DNA of 64,000 nucleotides from an uncultured Candidatus Saccharibacteria bacterium (GTDB lineage Bacteria; Patescibacteriota; Minisyncoccia; Phycocordibacterales; UBA1006). Numbering within the stretch: the stretch's first letter is position 1; each line of letters begins with the position of its first letter. Under the pieces are notes generated by a model. It had not been told where the DNA came from. It searched no databases and saw nothing but the letters and a program-made list of their open reading frames with translations. Below, piece by piece: positions 46,959 to 60,243 of this stretch. Position numbers and translations under genes: made by a program. The stretch spans positions 7,299-71,298 of the forward strand of contig CAZROP010000002.1 of assembly GCA_964601935.1 (NCBI GenBank), in the 5' to 3' direction.

Positions 46959-48590
46959 CTAATTCAGTGTGAGGGCATATTCCAACGCCTGGTCAGAGTT
47001 GTAGAAAATGCGACCTGATTTATCCAGGTGAGTAAACTGTTCGCTCATATGCATCATAGGGAGAGACTTTTCTGGAATACTACAAACTAGTACCGTACAG
47101 TCCATATCTGTCAGAGTATCAATAATCTCGTCAAAGGCGTCCACGCCATCACTGTCTATCACCGTCGTTTCTCCCATACGAAGAATTATTATTCTGTTTT
47201 CTACGTTTAGCTTTTTGAGATTCGCAATATGCGACTGAGCGCTGATGTAGATCAAGGCGCCTTTTATTGTGTAGGTTACCACATGGCAATTGGCCCCATC
47301 GCATTCCTGGAGAGAGTACTGGGTTGAATGTGTAGTATCTGAATTTTTGGTAGTAACACGTAGGCTGTATGACCCTCTCGATACACGTTCTACAAACATG
47401 AGAAGCGATATAGCAGAGCCGGCGGCAATTGCGATCAAGGGGTCTTCGAAAATCATAATAATAGCGACAGCGTAGGCAATCCAAAAGCTCATAACCTCGT
47501 GTTTGATGTATCGAACAAAATGATGAACTTCAACCATGCGAATAGCAGTAAACCATAGAATTGCCGCTACCACAGCCAGAGGGAGATATTTGAACGCCCC
47601 TAAAAAGAGGATAGAAACGATAGCTATGACGACAGCGTTGATACCCTGTGATGTCCGATGGTTAGCACACGACTTTGCATTCAGTGATGTACGGGCTAGT
47701 ACTGCAGTTGCAGGGAGTCCACCACAGAGACCTGCTCCTATATTTGCTAATGAGAGACCAAATAACTCTTTGCGTTCATCAAATCGAGTTTTTGTGATAG
47801 TATTTGCGACCTTGCCACAGAGAAGAGTTTCGAGCATGGCAACAATGGCGACTGTTACAGCTGTCGATAGCACTGGGTAGGTTATAGTGAATGACGGAAC
47901 TTGAATTAATGCAGAATTAATCTGGGGAAACTTATCGGCTAGTGTTAATACCGTAAAAGGTAGCCATCCATGAGCGCTTGCGTATCCAATCAGCATACCT
48001 ACAGGGGTTAATAGAATGACTGCGGGGACTTTGGGAAGTTTCTTTAGTAAAAGGAACAACCCTGCTAAAAAGAGGATAAACAATGCGGTAGTAGGGATAG
48101 AGAGCGTGGGTAGTGCAGAAATCGAAGCAATCAAATTGTCTATAAAGACCTCATGTTTGGGAATATTCTCTAATCCAAACGCAAAGTTTAATTGCGAGAA
48201 TGCCAAAAGCATCGCAACCCCGAGAGTGAATCCATGAATGACACTCGACGGGATAAATACTAGATACCTATTAACTTTGAATACATACGAAATGAATATG
48301 ATAACTCCCGTAACTATAGCTAGAATAGGGAGAAGGGCAGCTCCATGAGTAAACGCAAATGCAGCTAAAATACCAGTGAGAGCCCCGGCAGGCCCTACAA
48401 TGTTAAAGTTGCTACTACTAAAAAATGCCGCAATCAGTCCCGCCCAAACGGCAGTAATAATTCCTGCGGTAGGAGTAGATCCTGATGCGACACCAATAGA
48501 CACGGACATAGGCAAGGATACGAGGGCGACGGTGAGTCCTGATTTCCAGTTAGCTTTTAATAATGGCGCGAAATGAGAAAGAAATTTCAT
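46959..48590 (-). CDS. SulP-family anion permease with C-terminal STAS domain
   Basis: 543 aa; N-terminal GLTVALVSLPMSVSIGVASG; about 10-12 TM; soluble C-terminal domain. Confidence 0.8.
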   Translation of the reverse strand: MKFLSHFAPLLKANWKSGLTVALVSLPMSVSIGVASGSTPTAGIITAVWAGLIAAFFSSSNFNIVGPAGALTGILAAFAFTHGAALLPILAIVTGVIIFISYVFKVNRYLVFIPSSVIHGFTLGVAMLLAFSQLNFAFGLENIPKHEVFIDNLIASISALPTLSIPTTALFILFLAGLFLLLKKLPKVPAVILLTPVGMLIGYASAHGWLPFTVLTLADKFPQINSALIQVPSFTITYPVLSTAVTVAIVAMLETLLCGKVANTITKTRFDERKELFGLSLANIGAGLCGGLPATAVLARTSLNAKSCANHRTSQGINAVVIAIVSILFLGAFKYLPLAVVAAILWFTAIRMVEVHHFVRYIKHEVMSFWIAYAVAIIMIFEDPLIAIAAGSAISLLMFVERVSRGSYSLRVTTKNSDTTHSTQYSLQECDGANCHVVTYTIKGALIYISAQSHIANLKKLNVENRIIILRMGETTVIDSDGVDAFDEIIDTLTDMDCTVLVCSIPEKSLPMMHMSEQFTHLDKSGRIFYNSDQALEYALTLN

Positions 48591-48883
48591 AAATAATTAT
48601 ATTCTATGCAATGTTTGATGCTACTCCCGTGGCATAGATTTGTCAAAACAATTATGTGTACTGACACAATACACAGGGCGACAAGCGATTCCGATCTAGG
48701 TACGTCGATACCTACACAGTCTTTTTTGTATTTTTAGAAGCTTTACAAAATCTGGCTACACTTCAAACGGTTTCCGACTTTTGGAGGTCATAAGTCGGGC
48801 CTGATATAGATTGCTTGAAACCAGATTTTCAAATTGCCTTTTGGGTATTTTTGGGTATAATCCAGGTATATTGTGAATTTCGT

Positions 48884-48960
48884 GCAGCTGTAGCTCAGAT
48901 GGTTAGAGCGCGTCACTGATAATGACGAGGTCCCAGGTTCGATTCCTGGCAGCTGCACCA
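48884..48960 (+). tRNA. tRNA-Ile (anticodon GAT) with encoded CCA
   Basis: GCAGCTG-TA-GCTC-AGATGGTTA-GAGC...CGTCA-CTGATAA-TGACG...CCAGG-TTCGATT-CCTGG-CAGCTGC-A-CCA; ends 10 nt before atpB. Confidence 0.85.
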
Positions 48961-48970
48961 AGGTCGTAAT

Positions 48971-49801
48971 ATGGATGAGCACACTGCACTACATGCCAGT
49001 CAGGAGGTACATCATGAGCATACGCTGTATGCTGAGACACTTTTTAATATAGGCGGGTTCCCTGTCACGAATTCAATTCTGACAAGCTGGATTGCAGCCC
49101 TGGTTATTATCATTATAGGTACCGCTATTCGTGTCCGCATTACTACTATTCCTGGTAAACTCCAGGGTGCATTCGAGGTGTTGATAGAAAGTTTCCTGGG
49201 TCTGTGTGATCAGGTTACCGGCAATAGGCAGACATCAGAAAAGGCATTACCCATAGCTCTGGCACTGTTTATATTTGTGCTTGTTAATAATTGGCTTGGC
49301 ATCGTGCCTGGTGTGGGGTCAATCAGTATTGCGACTGACCATGGTATGGTCTCACTGTTGCGTGGGGCAACGGCAGATTTGAATGCTACATTAGCATTGG
49401 GAATTTTTTCGGTTGTAGTAGCGAATGTGATCGGTATTGCAACGGTTGGGGTGTGGGGTACTGCAACAAAGTTCATTGCTGTTCACGAATTAGTTAATAT
49501 AAAAAATGTCTTCAAAGATCCTACACAGTTAATACAGATCCCCGTGAAGATATTCGTAGGATTACTGGAGCTACTAGGGGAGTGCGCAAAAATAGCATCC
49601 TTATCATTTCGTTTATTCGGAAATGTATTTGCAGGCGAGGTGTTGCTGGCATCAATGTCGGCACTCATTGCGTATGGTGTTCCGCTACCATTTTTATTCC
49701 TGGAATTTTTTGTCGGAATTATCCAGGCGTTCATTATATCTCTATTGACAGTGGTATACATTACTCTGGCAAGTATTAATCACAACGAAGGTCATCATTA
49801 G
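48971..49801 (+). CDS. atpB: F0F1 ATP synthase subunit a
   Basis: 276 aa; 5-6 TM; conserved Arg-containing C-terminal helix region. Confidence 0.8.
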   Translation: MDEHTALHASQEVHHEHTLYAETLFNIGGFPVTNSILTSWIAALVIIIIGTAIRVRITTIPGKLQGAFEVLIESFLGLCDQVTGNRQTSEKALPIALALFIFVLVNNWLGIVPGVGSISIATDHGMVSLLRGATADLNATLALGIFSVVVANVIGIATVGVWGTATKFIAVHELVNIKNVFKDPTQLIQIPVKIFVGLLELLGECAKIASLSFRLFGNVFAGEVLLASMSALIAYGVPLPFLFLEFFVGIIQAFIISLLTVVYITLASINHNEGHH

Positions 49802-49843
49802 ACAGTATTGTTCTCGTTATCAGTCACCCTGGTCACGAGATAG

Positions 49844-50116
<273 letters not shown>

Positions 50117-50133
50117 CTTTGTATAGTCATTAT

Positions 50134-50628
50134 ATGCAAGAAATCCTGAGCCTCTTTCATGTTGATGCACAGCTGCTGATAGCACAGCTGATCAATTTTG
50201 CTGTGCTCATGGTTTTGATCGTATATGTTGTGGTTCGCCCGTTGCGTAAGGTGTTGGATGATCGCGAGGCCACTATTCGCGAAGGTATCGATAACGCTAT
50301 CCATGCTGAAACAAAATTAGCTCAGGCAGTATCAGAAGCTGGTGGTATTATTACAGAGGCAGAGCGTGATGCACATTCTATTCGTGTACAAGCTCATAAT
50401 AAAGCCATCGAAATGCGTGATATTCTAACAGCAGAAATGCATCGAGAACATGATCGTATGCGTTCTGACTTCGAATCAGAATTAACTGCTCGCCGAGTAG
50501 GGGATCTGCAAACATTCCAGAATGATTCTACTAATTTAGTAATAAACTCAGTACAGAAGATTTTGAACACTACATTTTCCGACCCTGATTTTTCTGCGCG
50601 GTATATATCCGAAATCACCAAACACTAG
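50134..50628 (+). CDS. atpF: ATP synthase subunit b
   Basis: about 164 aa from the ATG (the track start is TTG); TM then a long charged helix. Confidence 0.7.
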   Translation: MQEILSLFHVDAQLLIAQLINFAVLMVLIVYVVVRPLRKVLDDREATIREGIDNAIHAETKLAQAVSEAGGIITEAERDAHSIRVQAHNKAIEMRDILTAEMHREHDRMRSDFESELTARRVGDLQTFQNDSTNLVINSVQKILNTTFSDPDFSARYISEITKH

Positions 50629-50631
50629 TAT

Positions 50632-51027
50632 ATGATAGCGTCCCATCGAAATGTTACGAATGCTGCGTTGTATTTGCTGGAATCAGGCATGTCTGTATCG
50701 GCTGTCGCATCCGCTGTCAGTGATTTGCTGGCAAGGTCTCGATTGCAGGCAATCTTCCCTGGTGTAATCACAGAGCTCGATCGTAGGCTAGTACAGTCTC
50801 GTGAACAGGAGAAAGTCAAATTACTAGTTGCGCGACCTTCAGATGCAGAGGATAGACTGGTTGCTCGCATGGCAGAATATATCGCAGGATCTTCTACTGT
50901 AGAATATAGTGTGAGCATTGATCCTGATCTTGTTGGGGGTTTCGTCGCTCGACATAAAAGCACATGCCATGACTATTCGATAAGGAATTCCTTGGTCCAG
51001 TTGGAGCATCATTATAAATCAAACTAG
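50632..51027 (+). CDS. atpH: ATP synthase subunit delta (short)
   Basis: 131 aa; C-terminal [12 protein letters not shown] matches the delta/OSCP C-terminus; about 50 aa shorter than typical. Confidence 0.55.
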   Translation: MIASHRNVTNAALYLLESGMSVSAVASAVSDLLARSRLQAIFPGVITELDRRLVQSREQEKVKLLVARPSDAEDRLVARMAEYIAGSSTVEYSVSIDPDLVGGFVARHKSTCHDYSIRNSLVQLEHHYKSN

Positions 51028-51038
51028 CAACAATATTT

Positions 51039-52547
51039 ATGAACAGAATTACAAAACAAGTCGAAGAACTTTCGCAGGCTCTCAAGTCATTCAGCGTATT
51101 ACCTTCGGTATTTGAAGAAGGGGTTGTAGTTTCAGTGAGCGATGGAGTTGTTAGAGTTTCAGGGTTACGCAATTGTAAAATGTCAGAGCGATTAAATATC
51201 GTGACGCGTACTGGGGAGTTAGTTGCTGCATTAGCATTGAATCTAGAGCATGACACTATCGGCGCAGTAATACTGGGCGCGAGTATGCGCGTGCGGGAGG
51301 GCGACAGTGTATTAGCGACGGGCGAAGTGCTGTCAGTCCCCGTAGGGATTAATATGTTGGGGCGTGTTGTTGATGGGTTGATGACTCCGATTGATGGAAA
51401 AGGTTCAGTTCAAAACGAGAAACGCTATCCTATAGAACGCATTGCTCCAGGGGTGATGGCGCGCCAGAGTGTTAATCAACCGCTGCAAACGGGTATAAAA
51501 GTTATTGATGCATTAGTGCCGATTGGACGTGGTCAGCGCGAATTGATTATTGGTGATCGACAGACAGGAAAAACAGTATTAGCTATTGATACTATCATCA
51601 ATCAGCGATCCACGGGGGTGAAATGTATTTATGTGGCAATAGGTCAAAAACAATCAAAGGTGATGCGCGTAGTACAAGATTTAGAAGCTGCGGGCGCGAT
51701 GAAATATACTACCGTTGTTTTGGCGAGTGCATCGGATTCTGCCAGTTTGCAGTATCTTGCACCCTATGCTGGCGTGACTCTTGCAGAATACTTTATGGAT
51801 CAGGGTGACGATGTATTAGTCGTATACGATGACTTGTCAAAACATGCAAACGCGTATCGTGAAATGTCGTTGTTGTTACGCCGTCCACCGGGACGCGAAG
51901 CATATCCCGGAGATGTCTTTTATCTACACTCTCGTTTGCTCGAACGTGCATGTCGGCGTAATGTTCAGCATGGTGGCGGATCCATTACTGCCTTGCCGAT
52001 CATAGAAACACAGGCGGGTGATATTTCTGCGTATATTCCGACCAATGTAATTTCTATTACTGATGGTCAGATATTTTTGGAGTCCAACCTGTTTAACAAG
52101 GGTGTTCGCCCGGCGATCAACCCAGGTTTATCGGTATCGCGTGTCGGTGGTAGCGCTCAGATAAAGTCTATGAAAAAAGTAGCGGGTCCATTGAAGTTAG
52201 GTTTGGCCCAGTATAGAGAGCTGGAATCGTTTTCCCAATTCGATTCTGACCTCGATTCAGAAACCAAAAAGACGATCGAACGTGGCAAGAGATTGAGCGA
52301 ACTCATGAAGCAGGGCATAGGTCAGCCAATGCGCACGGGGCATCAGGTAATAGTTTTGTATGCAGGATCAAAGGGGTACTTTGATGGCACAGCATTACCT
52401 GGTGTTGCTGAATCTGCAACTAGTTTGATCGAATATGTCACGACAGGAGAATCTGATCTTGTTGATACTTTAGAGGCTGAATGGAGTGACGAGGTGGAGA
52501 GCGCACTCAAAAACGTACTGGAACGCTGGTCGCAGGGTTTGCAGTAA
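51039..52547 (+). CDS. atpA: ATP synthase subunit alpha
   Basis: 502 aa; Walker A GDRQTGKT. Confidence 0.9.
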   Translation: MNRITKQVEELSQALKSFSVLPSVFEEGVVVSVSDGVVRVSGLRNCKMSERLNIVTRTGELVAALALNLEHDTIGAVILGASMRVREGDSVLATGEVLSVPVGINMLGRVVDGLMTPIDGKGSVQNEKRYPIERIAPGVMARQSVNQPLQTGIKVIDALVPIGRGQRELIIGDRQTGKTVLAIDTIINQRSTGVKCIYVAIGQKQSKVMRVVQDLEAAGAMKYTTVVLASASDSASLQYLAPYAGVTLAEYFMDQGDDVLVVYDDLSKHANAYREMSLLLRRPPGREAYPGDVFYLHSRLLERACRRNVQHGGGSITALPIIETQAGDISAYIPTNVISITDGQIFLESNLFNKGVRPAINPGLSVSRVGGSAQIKSMKKVAGPLKLGLAQYRELESFSQFDSDLDSETKKTIERGKRLSELMKQGIGQPMRTGHQVIVLYAGSKGYFDGTALPGVAESATSLIEYVTTGESDLVDTLEAEWSDEVESALKNVLERWSQGLQ

Positions 52548-52553
52548 AGATGT

Positions 52554-54810
<2,257 letters not shown>

Positions 54811-54820
54811 TACATTACCT

Positions 54821-55225
54821 ATGAAGAAAATTCATTGCACTATTATTACTCCGGAACGCGTGGTCTATGATGCCGAAGTGGATCAGGTCAGTGTGACAAC
54901 AGCGCAAGGACAGATTACATTATTGCCCGATCACGAATCGCTGATGTCGGTAATTATACCGGGAGACATCACGGTGTGGCACAATGGTACCGCTATCGGG
55001 TTTGTAGTGGGTCAGGGGACATTGGAAATACACAATAACGTATTGCGTATTTTGGCGAACACCACTGAATCCCATGATGATATTGATATAGTGCGTGCAG
55101 AGGCAGCCCTGGAACGTGCACGCCAGGCAATGGAGGAAAAGGCAGGTGTATACGACGAGGAGTATGCTCGGCTAGAGGCGATAATTGCTCGTAATCTCGC
55201 GCGAATCAAGATAAAACGGAAGTAG
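54821..55225 (+). CDS. atpC: ATP synthase subunit epsilon
   Basis: 134 aa; beta-sandwich N-terminus plus helical C-terminus. Confidence 0.8.
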   Translation: MKKIHCTIITPERVVYDAEVDQVSVTTAQGQITLLPDHESLMSVIIPGDITVWHNGTAIGFVVGQGTLEIHNNVLRILANTTESHDDIDIVRAEAALERARQAMEEKAGVYDEEYARLEAIIARNLARIKIKRK

Positions 55226-55300
55226 GAGTTAGTCAATAGATTGTATACTGTTTTTGATGTATAGTAGGGAAAAATATTTTCTTACAAAAACATCCTGTAT

Positions 55301-55654
55301 ATGAAAGGTATAAGCCGTGCTGCCATGGTCGTAGCGATAAGGCATTGCTTGCAAAGGATTTCTCTGGTGAATCCTACTGCGGATATCGTAGTAAAAACTA
55401 TGAATCACAGCGAGATCCACCTGTATCAGCCACGAGATGATCGCCGATCTGTTACTATTGGCTTGCCTGACAATGAGCACTCGTATTGGACCTTGCATAG
55501 GAAGCCGACCGATGGCGAGCCCTATAAATTATCAGATCCTCACGAGCTGGATGACCTAGAAAATAGAACCATTTTGAGCGACGAGGAGGTCGAGCGCGTG
55601 TTTGTCTTCTTGGAAGAATCAGGGTTCTTGTTCTGTGAGATTGATCTTCCGTAG
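55301..55654 (+). CDS. hypothetical protein
   Basis: 117 aa; no motif. Confidence 0.3.
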   Translation: MKGISRAAMVVAIRHCLQRISLVNPTADIVVKTMNHSEIHLYQPRDDRRSVTIGLPDNEHSYWTLHRKPTDGEPYKLSDPHELDDLENRTILSDEEVERVFVFLEESGFLFCEIDLP

Positions 55655-55784
55655 GGGTAGATGGCCTAGGCAGAGAATAATTAAATAGTCGCCGGAATTG
55701 CAATGCGAAGCATGTGCAGTTCTGGCGTTTTTCTGTTAAAAAGCAGCTCGAAAAGTGCTTAATTATCAGTATAATAAACTCTAT

Positions 55785-56345
55785 ATGTCACTTGATACCA
55801 AACACAATCTTGCTTTTATCGATGTAGAAACAACAGGATTCGACCCCTATACTCAGGAGGTGATTGAAATAGGGTGTATCATTATGAGTCGTGACGACAA
55901 GGATCCGACAAAACTGACACTGGTAGAAGAAATCGACATGAAGGTTCAGATGGAACATCCCGAAACAGCGGACGAGGGTGCATTACGCGTAAACGGCTAT
56001 GATCCATCCGCATGGATATTCGCCTATACACAACAGCAGGCATTCGAGCTATTAGCACAAAAAACAAAAGGCTGTGTATTCGTGGCACATAATGTTGCGT
56101 TTGACTGGAACTTTGTAGATACATCATTTCGTCGTCTGGGCATAGAACATAATTTTGAACGTAATAAAATTGATACATTGTCGATTGCATATGCAAAATT
56201 TTCAGGTATGAACACAGACATACGTCATTTATCGCTGCGCGCATTGTGTGAGCATTTCGGTGTCAAAAACGAGGCGGCACATAGTGCATTGCCCGACGTG
56301 CGGGCAACTATAGAGGTATACAAGAAACTCATGGCGATGAGATAG
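55785..56345 (+). CDS. DEDDh 3'-5' exonuclease (DnaQ/epsilon-like)
   Basis: Exo I FIDVETTG, Exo II VAHNVAFDWNF, Exo III HSALPDVRAT. Confidence 0.7.
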   Translation: MSLDTKHNLAFIDVETTGFDPYTQEVIEIGCIIMSRDDKDPTKLTLVEEIDMKVQMEHPETADEGALRVNGYDPSAWIFAYTQQQAFELLAQKTKGCVFVAHNVAFDWNFVDTSFRRLGIEHNFERNKIDTLSIAYAKFSGMNTDIRHLSLRALCEHFGVKNEAAHSALPDVRATIEVYKKLMAMR

Positions 56346-56353
56346 TTATAGTT

Positions 56354-57214
56354 ATGAAAATCGCAACATTCAACGTAAGAGATTTGAAAGAAGATTCATG
56401 CTTGTTAGAAAGGCTGACTCAGCTCAGAGAAATTATTTCAGTAGCAGAGGCCGATATTGTTTGCCTTCAAGAGATAGGTAGTGCCGATCTCCTGAAGCAG
56501 ATCACTCCTGACTATGAGTATCAATTTATCGGAGCAGCAGATATGCGAGGTATTGCCAGTGCCATGGTCTCCAAGGTTCCACTAGAGTTTAGTAATATTC
56601 CTTTTGATCTACAACTTTCTGGCTATGTAACACAGGAGGCTTTGGGTGAGTTAACGAAATATCCAGGAAGATCGTGTGTCCAAGGCGTCACAACATATAA
56701 AGGCAGGCCTCTTACTGTACTAGGAGTTCACTTGAAAAGTAGCGGGCCTATGTCAGTGCGTGACAGCAATGGTGTTAAGCTTGAAAGTAATTCGCATTTA
56801 CGAGTGGCACAGGGGCGTTTTAGAACAGGGATACAAAAATTGGCACAGGCGTACTTTCTGCGTGCATATGCTGATAGAATATTCCAGGCACACGGCAGCG
56901 AAGCACAACTGGTTATCGCAGGTGATTTCAACGATTATGAGTTTTCGTTATTGCATCATATTATTCAGGGTGATGCTAAATATTTTGGCGGGCCAGGCTT
57001 ATTATCTTCTACGGTCAGCATGATTTCTGAGGAGTCACGGTTTACTCATATAAAGGATACTGGTGCAAAGAGGTTTATTGACGGAGTACTACTATCTGAA
57101 TCACTCAAAAATAGTGTTATATCTGTGGCTGTAGAAAACAGCCATTTAGTTTTTGATATAAAATGGTCTGAGTTGGTGAGTGATCACGCATTATTATCAG
57201 TAACACTTGCGTAG
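56354..57214 (+). CDS. endonuclease/exonuclease/phosphatase (EEP) family protein
   Basis: 286 aa; N-terminal IATFNVRD...VCLQEI; C-terminal SDHALLSV. Confidence 0.65.
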   Translation: MKIATFNVRDLKEDSCLLERLTQLREIISVAEADIVCLQEIGSADLLKQITPDYEYQFIGAADMRGIASAMVSKVPLEFSNIPFDLQLSGYVTQEALGELTKYPGRSCVQGVTTYKGRPLTVLGVHLKSSGPMSVRDSNGVKLESNSHLRVAQGRFRTGIQKLAQAYFLRAYADRIFQAHGSEAQLVIAGDFNDYEFSLLHHIIQGDAKYFGGPGLLSSTVSMISEESRFTHIKDTGAKRFIDGVLLSESLKNSVISVAVENSHLVFDIKWSELVSDHALLSVTLA

Positions 57215-57259
57215 GCTGATCTCTATAGAGTTTTGTATTAATTCTGCTACACTGTTTGC

Positions 57260-58480
57260 ATGCAGCATGAAATAGGTAAGAAAACTGTATTCGTAGGCCT
57301 ATCGGGTGGGGTGGATTCTGCTGTTTCTGCGTACCTATTGCAGCAGGAGGGGTATGATGTACATGGAATATTTATTCAGACATGGACACCTGAATGGATG
57401 GAATGTGGATGGCGCGAAGATAGGCGTGATGCAATGCGGGTTGCTATACACCTGAATATTCCTTTCCACGATCTAGACCTTAGTCGTGAATACAAAGAGG
57501 GTGTTGCTGATTATATGATTGCAGAGTATCGTGTAGGACGTACACCGAACCCAGATGTTATGTGTAATCGCGAAGTGAAGTTTGGCGGCTTTTTACAATA
57601 TGCATTATCGTGTGGTGCAGACTATATAGCAACAGGTCATTATGCTCGTGTCGGGCTTCTCCCCCTAGAAAAGGGGGAGACCGAGAGGGGGTTTGAAAAG
57701 GTTGCACTAGCATCAGATGGTATATTAGATTCAAAGGTTTCAAACCCCTCCTTAATCCTCCCTTTTTCTAGGAGAGGAGACCTGCATCTCCTAAGAGGCA
57801 TTGACTCATCCAAAGACCAATCCTATTTCCTCTGGACACTTACAACAGAGCAGTTGAAGCATATACTGTTTCCAGTTGGTTGCTTACCAAAATCAGAAAC
57901 CCGCAGTATTGCCGAAAGGGCAAAGTTACCAGTTGCGACTAAAAAAGATTCACAAGGAATTTGTTTTCTTGGTGCGGTTGATATGGAAGAGTTTCTTTCT
58001 CATTATATAAAGCACAAAATTGGAGACGTATTAGATACTACGGGAAACAAGATTGGGATACACACAGGTGTCTGGTTTGTTACGCTGGGTCAGCGGTTTG
58101 CTGGTGATATTGTTGATTCACGTTATCGTGGCGTACCGCTGTATATCGTAGCAAAAGACGTCGACACTAATTCTATAATTGTTGCCGACACTCCTAATCC
58201 AGACAGAGGTATGGGTAGTAAACATAAAACATATACTACAAAAACAGGTGGAAGCACCAAGCTAGTGAATTGTGTCATTCGTAATTCCGAATTCAAAACA
58301 GGGTACGTCTGCACGGCTCAAATTCGTTATCATGGAGAACTTTTAAAATGTTCAGTCGTTAGTATTGATGGGGATGAAATTTTATTAGACTGGTTTACTC
58401 CGCCAGTGATTGTTGCACCCGGCCAGTCAGTGGTGCTCTATGACGGCGATATTTGTATAGGTGGAGGCATCGTTGTGTAG
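57260..58480 (+). CDS. mnmA: tRNA-specific 2-thiouridylase MnmA (with internal insertion)
   Basis: 406 aa; PP-loop SGGVDSAV; KDQSYFL; about 35-aa insertion after ATGHYAR. Confidence 0.85.
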   Translation: MQHEIGKKTVFVGLSGGVDSAVSAYLLQQEGYDVHGIFIQTWTPEWMECGWREDRRDAMRVAIHLNIPFHDLDLSREYKEGVADYMIAEYRVGRTPNPDVMCNREVKFGGFLQYALSCGADYIATGHYARVGLLPLEKGETERGFEKVALASDGILDSKVSNPSLILPFSRRGDLHLLRGIDSSKDQSYFLWTLTTEQLKHILFPVGCLPKSETRSIAERAKLPVATKKDSQGICFLGAVDMEEFLSHYIKHKIGDVLDTTGNKIGIHTGVWFVTLGQRFAGDIVDSRYRGVPLYIVAKDVDTNSIIVADTPNPDRGMGSKHKTYTTKTGGSTKLVNCVIRNSEFKTGYVCTAQIRYHGELLKCSVVSIDGDEILLDWFTPPVIVAPGQSVVLYDGDICIGGGIVV

Positions 58481-58576
58481 CACGGCTTGTCATTAGTCCG
58501 TCTGTATAGTAGTATCTCAATGAGATCGAGGTCGTGCAGAAACCGTATCTACTTAATAACTTTTTAAGTATATTAT

Positions 58577-59581
58577 ATGGAAACAACACAGCCAAAAGAG
58601 CAAATAACAGTTAATACATTACTACTACAAACCGATTGGGAATATGGAGTAGTGTTGTTCTATCGATATGTTCGTATAGAAAACCCAGAGGAATTTCGTG
58701 ATATCCTACGAAGTAAGTGCGAAGAGTTAGGTATTACCGGCCGATTTATTGTTGCAGAAGAAGGTATCAACGGTATAGGCGAAACTGACTGCGCGCGCAT
58801 CTACGAATTTTGTCAGTGGATGATGTCAGACCCTTCGAGAACCTCAGGAGAAACTTCTCGGTTCGCAGATATTCACTGGAAGTTCTCGCGTAGTAACGGG
58901 GATTCATTCCCTCGGTTATCCGTAAAAGCACGCAAAGAAATAGTGTCTCTCCATTTAGGTGATGAAGACTTTGATCCTAACCAGGTGACAGGCAAACGGC
59001 TAACACCTGAAGAGCTACATGAATGGTATACTAAGGGCAAGGAGTTTACCATTGTTGATATGCGTAATAATTATGAGCATGAAATCGGACATTTTGTCGG
59101 GTCAGTACTGCCGCCGTTGAATAATTTCCGAGATCTTCGACAGACCTGTGATTCACTGCAAGAATTGGATAACCCAGAGAAGCCCATCCTAACAGTATGC
59201 ACGGGTGGTGTGCGCTGTGAAAAGGCAAGCGGGTATTTAGTCAAAAAGGGTTTCCAGAACGTGTATCAACTAGATGGTGGCATGGTGTCCTATATGGAAA
59301 AGTTCCCAGGACAGAATTTCCGCGGAGGAATGTACACGTTTGACGGTCGTCGAGTAATTGATTGGGATGGTGGAACACATGAGGTTATTGGTAAGTGTGA
59401 ACATTGTTCTAATCTTTGTGAGCGATTGGTAGATTGTTTGAATCCGCTCTGTAACCGCCAGTATATCGCCTGCGAGGGTTGTAGTCCTGATAGACATGAT
59501 ACATTCTGCTCTGACGATTGCCGTACCCATGGCCCAGCCAAGAAAAAGACTGGCGCATCTGCGAAGAATAGTAGAGTATAA
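58577..59581 (+). CDS. trhO: rhodanese-domain tRNA uridine(34) hydroxylase TrhO/YceA-like with Cys-rich C-terminus
   Basis: 334 aa; GRFIVAEEGINGI; rhodanese active site VCTGGVRCEKASGYL; C-terminal multi-Cys tail. Confidence 0.7.
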   Translation: METTQPKEQITVNTLLLQTDWEYGVVLFYRYVRIENPEEFRDILRSKCEELGITGRFIVAEEGINGIGETDCARIYEFCQWMMSDPSRTSGETSRFADIHWKFSRSNGDSFPRLSVKARKEIVSLHLGDEDFDPNQVTGKRLTPEELHEWYTKGKEFTIVDMRNNYEHEIGHFVGSVLPPLNNFRDLRQTCDSLQELDNPEKPILTVCTGGVRCEKASGYLVKKGFQNVYQLDGGMVSYMEKFPGQNFRGGMYTFDGRRVIDWDGGTHEVIGKCEHCSNLCERLVDCLNPLCNRQYIACEGCSPDRHDTFCSDDCRTHGPAKKKTGASAKNSRV

Positions 59582-59589
59582 TAATTTAT

Positions 59590-60243
59590 ATGAATTCTTT
59601 GGAATGGCGACAGAATCAATGGAGTCATATACGTCAGATTCTGCGCGCACACTTTCCGAATCGCAAGTCAGAATTGAATTATAATACCCCGTGGGAGTTA
59701 TTGGTTGCGGTTATACTGTCTGCGCAGTGTACGGATGACCAAGTGAACAGGGTCACAGAAAAGCTATTCAAAAAGTATCCAACATTCCAGGATTATCTTA
59801 ATGCAGATGTGTATGAATTCGAGAGGGGTATTTATAGTACAGGATTCTTCCGGGCAAAGACACGGCATGTGTTGGGTAGTGCCGCCAAAATCGCTCGCGA
59901 CTTTGGCGGCGAGGTTCCCAGCACTATGGAGCAGTTACTGACACTGCCTGGTGTGGCGCGCAAAACCGCTAATGTGATTCTACAAAATGTCTTTAACGTA
60001 ATGGATGGAATTGCGGTCGATACGCATGTGCGACGTTTTGCCCTGCGTTTTGGGTTGACGGAATCCCAGAATCCCGAGAAAATAGAGCAGGATTTGATGC
60101 AGGTAATGGCTCGGGACGAATGGATGGTGGGTGCCTACTGGATCAAGGAGCATGGGCGCAAACACGGGAAATCAGCAAAAACGGGCTATACACCAGAAAA
60201 AGACCCTCTGTTGGGGCAGTTTGTAATCGATAGAGCTGTTTAG
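59590..60243 (+). CDS. nth: HhH-GPD DNA glycosylase (endonuclease III-like, no Fe-S cysteines)
   Basis: 217 aa; LLVAVILSAQCTDDQVN, LPGVARKTANVIL, VDTHV; no C-terminal Cys cluster. Confidence 0.7.
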   Translation: MNSLEWRQNQWSHIRQILRAHFPNRKSELNYNTPWELLVAVILSAQCTDDQVNRVTEKLFKKYPTFQDYLNADVYEFERGIYSTGFFRAKTRHVLGSAAKIARDFGGEVPSTMEQLLTLPGVARKTANVILQNVFNVMDGIAVDTHVRRFALRFGLTESQNPEKIEQDLMQVMARDEWMVGAYWIKEHGRKHGKSAKTGYTPEKDPLLGQFVIDRAV

